IMG/VR virus record: IMGVR_UViG_3300034357_000290 | Location: 1 to 38,042 of that record | Strand: one strand, 5' to 3' | Length of the DNA: 38,042 nucleotides | DNA from: a virus | Taxonomy: Duplodnaviria; Caudoviricetes | Shown: positions 1 through 7,749 of the stretch, piece after piece | How the letters are laid out: every line of letters starts with the position of its first letter | Position numbering within the stretch: position 1 is the stretch's first letter | Notes under the pieces: generated by a model | What the model saw: only the letters and a program-made list of their open reading frames with translations | Database searches by the model: none | Told to the model about the DNA's origin: nothing | Position numbers and translations under genes: made by a program

Positions 1-127
1 CGTGCGAGGCGAGATGCCTCATCGACACATTGTTGCGGTGTTAGGGGTCGAAATTTCCGGTCCACGGAAATGCTCCTATGTTAAAAATGGCCGACCCCGG
101 AGAGCCGGCCAAGTTGAGGGAGGAAGC
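1..127. repeat. 127-bp terminal direct repeat (copy at 37916-38042), probable assembly overlap
   Basis: CGTGCGAGGC...GAGGAAGC is identical at both ends. It cuts through an ORF, and 127 is a common assembler k-mer size. Confidence 0.9.
83..111 (-). terminator. Intrinsic terminator after cro (tR1-like)
   Basis: Minus strand TGGCCGGCTC-TCCG-GGGTCGGCCA-TTTTT: 10-bp stem with 2 GU pairs plus a U-tract. Confidence 0.75.
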
Positions 128-131
128 CGGA

Positions 132-350
132 TTACCCGCCGGCGGCCGGGGTATCGAACAGGTCGGGGCGCAGTGACCACTTGGCGACTGCGCCTTCCGT
201 GAAGCGGTGGATGGCAACAGCCATGGCCGCGGAGGGGCGCCCCTTCTGGCGCGCGTGCCACACTGCGTGCTGCGAGTACCCGATTGCCTTCGCTAACCGG
301 GTCTCGCTTCCGGCGATCTGGATCGCCTGAGTAAACAGGTTTTGGGTCAT
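132..350 (-). CDS. cro: Cro-like HTH regulator (YdaS/Cro family)
   Basis: 72 aa, AGSETRLAKAIGYSQHAVW helix-turn-helix, C-terminal LRPDLF, divergent from cI. Confidence 0.85.
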   Translation of the reverse strand: MTQNLFTQAIQIAGSETRLAKAIGYSQHAVWHARQKGRPSAAMAVAIHRFTEGAVAKWSLRPDLFDTPAAGG

Positions 351-356
351 CGTGCC

Positions 357-385
357 GATGTAACCCATTTTTAGATTAGTTGCAA
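357..385 (-). promoter_or_regulatory. cro promoter with operator AACCCATTTTTAGATT (362-377) in the spacer
   Basis: Minus strand TTGCAA-N17-TACATC. The 16-bp imperfect palindrome recurs at 1015, 1041 and 34412. Confidence 0.65.
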
Positions 386-445
386 GCGGCGGCCATCTGA
401 CGCGCCGGCTGGCATCAATTAGTTGTGTGTTGTAGAGGGTCCGCT

Positions 446-991
446 ATGGGAATTGGGACGCAAATAAAGGCTGCACGCCTCGCCCGGCAGTGGTCGACCT
501 ATGACCTGGCCCGCGCGGCCGGCATTCCCCAGAGCGCCGTCCACCGCATCGAGGCGGAAGACACCTCGACTTCAAAACACATACCAATCCTTTTAAGCGT
601 CCTTAACATTTCCGAGGGGGCCGTACGTACAATCCCCCTTGCGGGTTACGTAGGGGCTGGGGCAGAGATATTCCCCATGGATACCCTAGGGTACGTTGAC
701 GCGCCTCCCGGCGTCGCAGGAAGTAAGACAGTAGCGGTGCAAGTGAGGGGCGACAGCATGTTGCCCGTCTACCGAAACGGGGACCTGATCTACTACGACG
801 ACCACCAGTCTCCCGAAGACCTTCTAGGACGCGACGTCGTGGTCGAGCTCGAGGACGGCCGCTGCATGTTGAAACAACTCATGGCGGGCTCGCGGCCTGG
901 ATTCTGGACCCTCCTCTCACACAATGCCGCACCGATTCTGGACGCCAATATCGTCTGGGCAGCTCGCGTAAAATGGGTTCAGAAATTCTGA
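446..991 (+). CDS. cI: CI-like repressor, HTH + S24 autopeptidase
   Basis: N-terminal XRE HTH; YVGAG cleavage region, GDSM serine and LKQL lysine. Confidence 0.92.
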   Translation: MGIGTQIKAARLARQWSTYDLARAAGIPQSAVHRIEAEDTSTSKHIPILLSVLNISEGAVRTIPLAGYVGAGAEIFPMDTLGYVDAPPGVAGSKTVAVQVRGDSMLPVYRNGDLIYYDDHQSPEDLLGRDVVVELEDGRCMLKQLMAGSRPGFWTLLSHNAAPILDANIVWAARVKWVQKF

Positions 992-1014
992 CCTAAAAAA
1001 ATTTACCCCCCCCC

Positions 1015-1056
1015 AACTCATTTTTAGATTGACTTTGACTAACCCATAATTAGATT
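1015..1056 (+). promoter_or_regulatory. Early (pL-like) promoter with two operators
   Basis: AACTCATTTTTAGATT (1015-1030) and AACCCATAATTAGATT (1041-1056) overlap TTGACT-N16-TAGATT. Confidence 0.7.
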
Positions 1057-1083
1057 GGTGCCCATCAACAGAGGGCACCACCC

Positions 1084-1284
1084 ATGAAACTCGATCTCAC
1101 CAAGTTCCTGATCTCACTCGACGGCGACGAGTGGACCGTTGTCAATTCTGGCGTTGTCGATGCCGACAGCGGCACGATCTACCTTCACCTCAAGAGCACC
1201 ACGCGCTTCCGCCAGCAGCGCAACGGCAAGGTGCCGGTGCAGATGGCCGACTGGCTTCCCCTCAGCCTCTTCGAGGCCGCGTGA
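1084..1284 (+). CDS. Hypothetical early protein
   Basis: 66 aa, GAGGG RBS, first gene after the promoter, phage-like codon usage. Confidence 0.75.
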   Translation: MKLDLTKFLISLDGDEWTVVNSGVVDADSGTIYLHLKSTTRFRQQRNGKVPVQMADWLPLSLFEAA

Positions 1285-1439
1285 TGACCCGCGCCGACCT
1301 CCTCTCCCGCCTGCGTCGCGCAGAGGCCCGCATGGACCGCTGTGAAACCGACGCCGAGCATGAAGCCGCGCGCCAGCTTATGGAGCTCGCCCGCTTCGAC
1401 CTCGAGCAGCACGACTGGAAGTTCAGGAGGGTCGCATGA
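1284..1439 (+). CDS. Hypothetical helical protein
   Basis: MTRADLLSRLRR..., TGATG overlap with the upstream gene. Confidence 0.65.
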   Translation: MTRADLLSRLRRAEARMDRCETDAEHEAARQLMELARFDLEQHDWKFRRVA

Positions 1440-1525
1440 GCCGCATCCTCCTCACGGTCAGCGTCACCGCCTACACCTTCTCCATGGCGTGCCTCTGGGC
1501 CGCCTACACCCCGGTGCCGCAATGA
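1436..1525 (+). CDS. 29-aa hydrophobic peptide
   Basis: MSRILLTVSVTAYTFSMACLWAAYTPVPQ, AGGAGG RBS, ATGA overlaps at both ends. Confidence 0.55.
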   Translation: MSRILLTVSVTAYTFSMACLWAAYTPVPQ

Positions 1526-1884
1526 GCTCGCGCGTCATCGTCACCGGCAAGAACCGCGACTTTTCCGTCTTTGGAATGCCCGCCACTCCGGGTGGTGCCA
1601 GAGGGCGGGCAGAGGGGAGCTCTGCGCCCTCCCGGCAGGAGCTCCCCACCTATTCCGGCGTCCAGCCGGATTCCGAAGCGACGGCGGAACCGTCGTGTTC
1701 TTTCCTCCCCCAGCCAGAGGCGGCCCCCGCCGTCTCTGGCACCCGCCTCGCCGTCTGCCCCGACTGCATGGGCGCCGGCTACGACTACGACTTCTACAAC
1801 TGCCCGCTCGAGCACATCACCAAGAAGGAGAAGGTGACCTGCGGCTACTGCCACGGCGAATGCGCCGTCGAGGTGCCGCTATGA
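1522..1884 (+). CDS. Protein with C-terminal DnaJ-type Zn finger
   Basis: CPDCMGAG...CGYCHGEC, ATGA coupling at both ends. The middle crosses a hairpin-rich segment. Confidence 0.55.
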   Translation: MSSRVIVTGKNRDFSVFGMPATPGGARGRAEGSSAPSRQELPTYSGVQPDSEATAEPSCSFLPQPEAAPAVSGTRLAVCPDCMGAGYDYDFYNCPLEHITKKEKVTCGYCHGECAVEVPL

Positions 1885-2636
1885 CATCAGCATGTGAGCG
1901 TCACGGGCTTCCGCACCTGTCGGTGTCCACCCTCAACCTGTTTCAGAACGCGACGGGCCTCTTCATCCTCGAGAAGCTCTTGGGCAGGCGTCAGCCTGTC
2001 GGCTGCGCCGCCCACCGCGGCAACGCGGTCGAGGCCGGCATCGTCATGGGGCTGAGCAATCCAGACGCCGGCCTCGACGACTGCATCGCGCATGCGCTGA
2101 AGGAGTTCGATCGGCTCTCCGCACTCTGCGTCGACCACAACCGCGACAAGGAACGCAAGGGCATCGCCGGCATGGTCACCCACGGCATTGGCGAGCTTGG
2201 CCCCTACGGCAAGCCCTCCCACTGCCAGCGCGAGGTCCTGTGGACGCATCCAGAGATTCCGCTGCCGGTGAAGGGGTTCATCGACCTCCAGTGGGAAGAC
2301 AAGGGGATCATCACCGACATCAAGACGACATTCCGCGTGCCATCCGAGATCAGCCTCACGCACGCCAGACAGGTTGCCAGTTACGGCTTCGCAGTCGGCA
2401 GCAACGTCGACCTGCGCCTGAGCTACATCTCCGACAAGAAGGCGGTGACATACCGCCTCGAGAACCGTGAGCAGCACCTCGCCGCCCTGGTGAAGGTCGC
2501 CCAGTCTCTCGAGAAGTTCCTCTCAATCAGCGACGACCCGCGCGAGCTCGCGCAGTACGTGGCTGTCGATTTCAGCAGCTTCTACTGGAGCGACCCAGCC
2601 GCAAGGCAGGCCGGCTTCGAGGTGTGGGGTTACTAA
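1881..2636 (+). CDS. PD-(D/E)XK (Cas4/RecB-like) exonuclease
   Basis: HLSVS, RGNAVE, KGFIDL, ITDIKTT and QVASY motifs. Confidence 0.85.
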   Translation: MTSACERHGLPHLSVSTLNLFQNATGLFILEKLLGRRQPVGCAAHRGNAVEAGIVMGLSNPDAGLDDCIAHALKEFDRLSALCVDHNRDKERKGIAGMVTHGIGELGPYGKPSHCQREVLWTHPEIPLPVKGFIDLQWEDKGIITDIKTTFRVPSEISLTHARQVASYGFAVGSNVDLRLSYISDKKAVTYRLENREQHLAALVKVAQSLEKFLSISDDPRELAQYVAVDFSSFYWSDPAARQAGFEVWGY

Positions 2637-2685
2637 ACGCAACGCCGCCGGCGTCATGGCGGCATTCGGTAAAAGGAAAACGTAA

Positions 2686-3330
2686 ATGGCACTTGGTCTC
2701 TCGATGGGTGACGGCAACTTCACCCCCTACGCGAAATATGACGCCCGCGCCGGCCGCTGGTTCACGAAGGGCGCAGACGGCGACATCGACATCACGGACG
2801 GATTCACCGCCGTCTTCGATCTCGAGACGGTCGAGGTGGGCTGGATGATTTTCGCCTCTGGCGTCGCCCCGGTCTACGTCGTGCAGGACATCGCCCTCGG
2901 CGTTCCGCCGAAGCCGCCCGGCGACATGAAGCAGGGCTTCAAGATGAACATCGCGCTGCCGAGCGCCATCGCTGGTGGCGGCGTGCGCGAGGTCTCCTCA
3001 ACTGCGAAGTCAATGATCGGCGTCGTCGACCGTCTGCACACGGAGTACAGCGGCGCGCCTGAGAAGTCCCAGGGCAAGCTGCCCGTCGTCAAGATGAACG
3101 GAACGACCGTCGTCGAGACGAAGGGTCCGAGCGGCATGACCCGCAACTACGCGCCGAACCTACAGATCGTCTCGTGGGTTGCACGCCCCGAGTCGATGCC
3201 GAAAAAGCAGCCGGCTGCGCAGATGTTTGCCGCCGCTCCGACCTACGCCGCGCCTCCGTCCACCGGCTCCACGCAGGTGCCGCCCCCGGTGCAGCAGGCT
3301 GCACCCGCCGCCGCCATGGACTTCGGCTGA
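2686..3330 (+). CDS. Putative ssDNA-binding/annealing protein
   Basis: Follows the exonuclease. Beta-rich core, Pro/Ala linker, acidic-aromatic tail DFG, AAGGA RBS. Confidence 0.6.
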   Translation: MALGLSMGDGNFTPYAKYDARAGRWFTKGADGDIDITDGFTAVFDLETVEVGWMIFASGVAPVYVVQDIALGVPPKPPGDMKQGFKMNIALPSAIAGGGVREVSSTAKSMIGVVDRLHTEYSGAPEKSQGKLPVVKMNGTTVVETKGPSGMTRNYAPNLQIVSWVARPESMPKKQPAAQMFAAAPTYAAPPSTGSTQVPPPVQQAAPAAAMDFG

Positions 3331-3337
3331 CAACAAT

Positions 3338-3364
3338 GGGGCGGGCTCAGGCCCGCCTCACTTT
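3338..3364 (+). terminator. Hairpin, possible terminator after the SSB-like gene
   Basis: GGGGCGGGC-TCAG-GCCCGCCTC followed by ACTTT. Confidence 0.45.
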
Positions 3365-3379
3365 CCAGCAGGGGAACGC

Positions 3380-3781
3380 ATGACCATCAATATTACTATA
3401 CCCGGCAAGCCATGCGCCTGGCAACGCGCCAGGTCGAACGGCAAGGTCCGCTTCGACAGCCCGGAGCAGACCCGCAATAAGACCACGATCGCCTCGATTG
3501 GTTACGAGGCCATGGGTGGGAAGCCGCCCCTCGATGCCGCGCTGCATGTAGACGTAACCGCCATCTGGCCGTGGCCGAAGAGCCTGTCGGCGAAGAAACG
3601 CGAGGCTCACCACGGCTACGTCACCTCGCGCCCTGACGGCGACAACGTGATCAAGCTGATCGGCGACGCGCTCAACAATATCGTCTGGCGCGACGACAGC
3701 CAGATCGTCGTCCACTCGGTCTCGAAGCTCTACGGCGACACACCCAAGACCCTGATCCGCGTCTCGGAGGTGCTGTCGTGA
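3380..3781 (+). CDS. rusA: RusA family Holliday junction resolvase
   Basis: IPGKP...RAR, RPDGDNVIKLIGDALNNIVWRDDSQIV, KLYG. Confidence 0.93.
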   Translation: MTINITIPGKPCAWQRARSNGKVRFDSPEQTRNKTTIASIGYEAMGGKPPLDAALHVDVTAIWPWPKSLSAKKREAHHGYVTSRPDGDNVIKLIGDALNNIVWRDDSQIVVHSVSKLYGDTPKTLIRVSEVLS

Positions 3782-4092
3782 GGCATTGGACCGAGGCGAT
3801 GATCAGCGAGTGCCTCGACGGCACATGGACCCACATCACCTACGAGGGGAAGTTCGTTACCGAGTTCGTTGATGATGTTTGCGTGCCGGCGAAGAGATCA
3901 GGCGGGCGCCACAGAAAATACAAGGCAGCGAGGCCGCAGATCGCGTGGCTCCCGGCAGAGGACGAGCTCCTGTGCGCCATGCGGCTGCGCAACCGGCCGC
4001 TCTCGGAGATCGCGTGGATCGTGGGCCGCAGCGAGGAGAGCACCAAGAAGCGATACAGGGTTCTGCGCGTGAAGGGCGCCGTGATGATGTGA
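3778..4092 (+). CDS. HTH DNA-binding protein (Myb/GcrA-N-like)
   Basis: WLPAEDELL...EIAWIVGRSEESTKKRYRVL. Confidence 0.6.
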   Translation: MRHWTEAMISECLDGTWTHITYEGKFVTEFVDDVCVPAKRSGGRHRKYKAARPQIAWLPAEDELLCAMRLRNRPLSEIAWIVGRSEESTKKRYRVLRVKGAVMM

Positions 4093-4316
4093 GCGACTTC
4101 GATTTCATAAAGATGGGTGCCACGCATCGTCAGCTTCAGGACATCGTGATGGCCCGCCTGTCGGAGCGCGAGGCCGAGGTCGACCACCGCGAGACTGAGG
4201 CCCTGATCCTTCTGTGTGCCGAGCTCGCCTCGATCACCTACAGCAGCAACCGGAGTGCCCAGTGGGCCGCCATCGCATATCTGGCCGGCAGGATGAAAGA
4301 CCACGCCAATGGGTGA
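4089..4316 (+). CDS. Hypothetical protein
   Basis: GTGA overlap start, fills the gap to the MTase gene. Confidence 0.6.
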   Translation: MSDFDFIKMGATHRQLQDIVMARLSEREAEVDHRETEALILLCAELASITYSSNRSAQWAAIAYLAGRMKDHANG

Positions 4317-4851
4317 GCGGCCGAGCGAGTACAAGCGCGACCTCAATGACTGGTACGTGGAGCCCGTCTGGTCAGTCGAGATGCTGCGCGACCGCGTCGG
4401 ATTCCTCGGTGAAATCCACGACCCCTGCTGCGGCATGGGAACGATCCCGAAGGTGTTCGGAGGATCTGGCGCGGACCTGATCGACCGCGGCTACGGTTAC
4501 CCGGCGCGGGACTTTCTGCGCGACACCTCGACCTACGACAACATCGTGATGAACCCGCCCTACAAGACGGGCCAGGCGATGATCGAACACGCGCTGAAGC
4601 AGACGCGAGATCGCGTTGCGGCCTTGGTGCAGTTGAAGTTCCTCGCCTCGAAGCGTCGGCACGAGCTCTTTTCCCGGCCAGACCTCGAGAGCGTGGTTGT
4701 CCTAAGCCGCCGGCCGTCGATGCCGCCGGGTGAGGAGCTCAGGAAGAAGGGCGAGGCGATCCGCAGGAACGGCTCGATCGACTTTTGCTGGGTCGTGTGG
4801 AGGCGTGGCGTGAGGCTCGTCAATCAACCAACAATGAGGTGGGCACTATGA
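4309..4851 (+). CDS. DNA amino-methyltransferase (probably N6-adenine)
   Basis: DWYVEP, HDPCCGMG (motif I) and MNPPY (motif IV). Confidence 0.85.
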   Translation: MGERPSEYKRDLNDWYVEPVWSVEMLRDRVGFLGEIHDPCCGMGTIPKVFGGSGADLIDRGYGYPARDFLRDTSTYDNIVMNPPYKTGQAMIEHALKQTRDRVAALVQLKFLASKRRHELFSRPDLESVVVLSRRPSMPPGEELRKKGEAIRRNGSIDFCWVVWRRGVRLVNQPTMRWAL

Positions 4852-4937
4852 CCTACATCCTCGCGTTCCTCGTCCTCGGCTGCTTTGTCTTTGCGCTCTT
4901 CATCATGTTCCTGATCGTGGGAGGCAGGGCATCATGA
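4848..4937 (+). CDS. 29-aa single-TM peptide
   Basis: MTYILAFLVLGCFVFALFIMFLIVGGRAS, ATGA overlaps at both ends, GAGGTG RBS. Confidence 0.6.
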   Translation: MTYILAFLVLGCFVFALFIMFLIVGGRAS

Positions 4938-5116
4938 ACGCATTTTTTGGCGGCATTATCTTCGGCGCCATTCTGGCCGGCAGCGTCTTCGTCATTTTCA
5001 TCACGAGCAGGCGCCGGCCGCGGCGAGAGCCTGTCGAGTGGGTGCCCGAGTTCCACGATCCGCAGCCGCTTGTCACTACACGCATTCTCGTTAATCGCAG
5101 GAGCATCGAACTCTAA
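4934..5116 (+). CDS. Small membrane protein
   Basis: N-terminal TM helix followed by RRRPRR; GGAGG RBS. Confidence 0.65.
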   Translation: MNAFFGGIIFGAILAGSVFVIFITSRRRPRREPVEWVPEFHDPQPLVTTRILVNRRSIEL

Positions 5117-5355
5117 TGTCCATCGCTGCCGTCACTGAAGCCATCGACAACTTCGCCGCCAACGACACCGTCTTGTTCGAAACCTTGCTGAGCCACCTTG
5201 ACCGTGAGCTTGCTGAGATCGAGGCAGAGCGGGCCAAATTCAACGCATTCCTCGATGCCCGCCGCGAAAAGATCGCCGACCGCAAGGTGGCGATCTCCAA
5301 CGAGTTCGAGCAGCGGGCGCTCGACATCATGGCGATTCTGAACGGTAAGGCGTGA
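5116..5355 (+). CDS. Hypothetical coiled-coil protein
   Basis: 79 aa, AGGAG RBS, heptad pattern. Confidence 0.7.
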   Translation: MSIAAVTEAIDNFAANDTVLFETLLSHLDRELAEIEAERAKFNAFLDARREKIADRKVAISNEFEQRALDIMAILNGKA

Positions 5356-5615
5356 TGACTGACATCACCATTCCGGACGAGGCGCTGGAGGCGGGGGCGA
5401 GGTCTGCGTGCCACGAAGCGTATAAGCACTTGCCCGAAATGCGCGAGCAGGACACGTACACGCCGGATGCTGACTACTGGCTGAACCAAGCCCGCGCCGC
5501 CTTCCTCGCCATGATTGAGGCGTGGCCGGGGATGACACTTCACCAGCAGGACATAAACGCGGAATACTCGTATTTTGTCCTCCCCCTGCCGCAGGAGGCC
5601 AGCGATGACAAGTGA
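5355..5615 (+). CDS. Hypothetical protein
   Basis: ITIPDEALEAGAR...ARAAFLAM, translationally coupled. Confidence 0.7.
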   Translation: MTDITIPDEALEAGARSACHEAYKHLPEMREQDTYTPDADYWLNQARAAFLAMIEAWPGMTLHQQDINAEYSYFVLPLPQEASDDK

Positions 5616-5877
5616 AACAGACGCAGAGTTCGTGGAAATTATGATGGAGCAAGGCGACTGGGGGCCGGGGTCCAGAATGCACCGCCTCGCCCTCCTCGCC
5701 CGCCGTGGTGCAGAAGCCGCCGACCGCATCGAACAGCTTGAGGCGGAAGGTGACAAGGCCCGCGCCCGTGGCGACCGGATGCGGATGGCGCTGGAGGACA
5801 TCGCGTATGGAAACCCGCTGCACAACGAAAACGATTTGGTGCGCATTGCCCGCGCCGCACTGGAGGAGAGAGCATGA
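5605..5877 (+). CDS. Hypothetical protein (EAADRIEQLE motif)
   Basis: GGAGG RBS, coiled coil, ends IARAALEERA. Confidence 0.7.
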   Translation: MTSETDAEFVEIMMEQGDWGPGSRMHRLALLARRGAEAADRIEQLEAEGDKARARGDRMRMALEDIAYGNPLHNENDLVRIARAALEERA

Positions 5878-6092
5878 AACTTGCACATTTTGCCGAAATC
5901 CTTGCCGACATGGCGAAGAACCACCCGGAAGCCGAAATCGTTGTGAGTTACCCAGCGCGGCATGCGGGGCATCCGGTGACGCGCCGGGGTAACATCACCG
6001 GGTATCGGACTACTCTTCCGGGCCACCCAGTCGTGCCTGTCACGCTGTGGATTGAGGTTGAGCATACCCGGTCGGTGAATGCAGATGAGTGA
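5874..6092 (+). CDS. Hypothetical protein
   Basis: 72 aa, GGAGGAGAG RBS, ATGA overlap. Confidence 0.6.
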   Translation: MKLAHFAEILADMAKNHPEAEIVVSYPARHAGHPVTRRGNITGYRTTLPGHPVVPVTLWIEVEHTRSVNADE

Positions 6093-6351
6093 CTGGACAT
6101 ATCCAAAGAAGGGTGACCGCCGCCCCGTTGGTGATGTCTTGGTCGCCCGCATATGTCGGGGAGGGCCAGAACAGCGCCTTTGGCAAGCAATGTACGGCAC
6201 CCCGGAAGATGAGCCACAGCCAACCGTGACGGTGGCGCATTGGAACAAGGGCCGCCAGAAGTGGGTCCACGGCCCACGTGATGAGCAAGTTTACGGCGTC
6301 TATGCTTGGATGCCTCTGCCCGCCCCGCCTGCGGAGGCCAGCGATGAGTGA
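6085..6351 (+). CDS. DUF551-like hypothetical protein
   Basis: MSDW... start and VYAWMPLPAPP end, typical of this phage family. Confidence 0.65.
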   Translation: MSDWTYPKKGDRRPVGDVLVARICRGGPEQRLWQAMYGTPEDEPQPTVTVAHWNKGRQKWVHGPRDEQVYGVYAWMPLPAPPAEASDE

Positions 6352-6520
6352 CCTCGACAAGGCCTGCAAGGACGCCGTCCAGCTTCACCGCTCACGGCGC
6401 CTCGGGCTCTACCTCGAGGCCATTCTCGCCGACTACATTCAGCACCACGGCGTCGACGAGACCCGGCGCGTGCTGCAGTGGTGGGATGACCACCTGAAGG
6501 AGTTTGACGCCAGTGAGTAA
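6344..6520 (+). CDS. Hypothetical protein
   Basis: 58 aa MSDLDKACKD..., GGAGG RBS. Confidence 0.65.
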   Translation: MSDLDKACKDAVQLHRSRRLGLYLEAILADYIQHHGVDETRRVLQWWDDHLKEFDASE

Positions 6521-6680
6521 GAGGCCAGCCCGTTTCACGGAGGCCGAGGTGGCCCGCGTGCTGCGGGCGGCCAAGGCGTCAGGCATGACCATCGAGATCA
6601 CCCCAGACGCGATCCGGGTGGTGCCGCTCCCGTTGCAATCAACAGCCCAGGTTGACAAACGGCCGCTGCCGGTGCCCTGA
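6513..6680 (+). CDS. Putative excisionase-like small protein
   Basis: 55 aa MSKRPARFTEAEVARVLRAAKASGMTIEI..., AAGGAG RBS, immediately upstream of the integrase. Not in the ORF track. Confidence 0.6.
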   Translation: MSKRPARFTEAEVARVLRAAKASGMTIEITPDAIRVVPLPLQSTAQVDKRPLPVP

Positions 6681-6687
6681 TGCCGGC

Positions 6688-7749
6688 GTGGACCGAAAAA
6701 AGAGACCCCCTTACCTCGAGACCTACAAGTCTCGCCATGGCCGGCGCATGTGGTTTTTTATGGCTACGCGCAAGGGCCAGCGCATCCGCCTGCCCGATCC
6801 CTACGGCTCGGAAGAGTTCCACGAGGCCTACCGCAAGCTCCTCGCGCAGCACCTGTCTGGCGAGCTCCAGAGCGGCCGCACGCTCGGCTGGCTGATCGAT
6901 CAGTGGCTGGCGAGCCCGCAGTGGGGCCAGACCGCCAAGGAGACGCGGAAGCAATACACCTACCAACTCAATGAGATGCGGCGACGGGCCGGCACCGCGC
7001 CGATCGAGGACTTCACCACCGAGTCGATCGTGGCCGGCCGTGACACCCGAGCTCACAAGCCCAGCGACGCCAACAAGTACCTGCGCTGCTCCGTGGCGCT
7101 CTGGAAGTTCGCCGTCGAGCGCCAGTGGGTCAAGGAGAACCCGGCGAAGGGCGTGGAGCCGGTGCGGGTAAAGACCAAGGGGTTCCACCCCTGGACAGAG
7201 GACGAGGCTCAGGACTTCGAGGAGTGCTGGCCTGTAGGCACCCGCGAGCGGCTCGCTTTCGACCTGCTCGTATTCACCGGCGTGCGCCGCTCAGACGTCG
7301 TCAGGCTGGGCCGGCAAAACACGCGCGACGACCAGATCACGATCACCACCGAGAAGAGCCGGAACATGGGCAAGCCGGTCGAGGTCACCATCTCGATCCT
7401 GCCGCCGCTGGCGACCTCGATCGCCGCAACGCCGGTAGGTGAAAAGACTTACCTCGTGACATCCTTCGGCAAGCCATTCGTGAAGGAGGGCTTCGGCAAC
7501 TGGTTCAAGCGGGCCTGCGTGAAGGCAAAGGTGCCCGGCTCGTCCCACGGGCTCAGGAAACTGGCTGCAAAGCGCATGGCCGAGAACGGCGCCACGGAGG
7601 CCGAGCTCAATGCCGTTTTCGGCTGGGCACATGGCTCGACGGAAGCTGCCACCTACATCCGCTCGGCCAGCCGGAAGAAGCTGTCGCTGGGCAGCGTCAC
7701 CAAGATGCTGCCCCTAACCCTGCCCCTAACCGGCCCTGAAAAGGCTTAA
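6688..7749 (+). CDS. int: Tyrosine recombinase (integrase)
   Basis: TGVRRSDV (R), HGLRK (HxxR), FGW and ATYIR (Y). Start codon uncertain. Confidence 0.95.
   Translation: MDRKKRPPYLETYKSRHGRRMWFFMATRKGQRIRLPDPYGSEEFHEAYRKLLAQHLSGELQSGRTLGWLIDQWLASPQWGQTAKETRKQYTYQLNEMRRRAGTAPIEDFTTESIVAGRDTRAHKPSDANKYLRCSVALWKFAVERQWVKENPAKGVEPVRVKTKGFHPWTEDEAQDFEECWPVGTRERLAFDLLVFTGVRRSDVVRLGRQNTRDDQITITTEKSRNMGKPVEVTISILPPLATSIAATPVGEKTYLVTSFGKPFVKEGFGNWFKRACVKAKVPGSSHGLRKLAAKRMAENGATEAELNAVFGWAHGSTEAATYIRSASRKKLSLGSVTKMLPLTLPLTGPEKA

Noticed and set aside
592-607. CtrA box inside cI
   Set aside because: Spacing is TTAA-N6-TTAAC rather than N7, and it lies mid-CDS.
1006-1014. Phase-variable poly-C tract
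   Set aside because: The C9 run lies upstream of the -35 and outside any CDS or promoter spacer. There is no evidence of length variation without reads.
5091-6248. Long antisense ORFs (385 aa here; also 9179-10255, 20477-21478, 28162-29037, 29136-30110, 36961-37959)
   Set aside because: Shadow ORFs opposite well-supported genes in high-GC DNA, with no motifs or RBS noticed.
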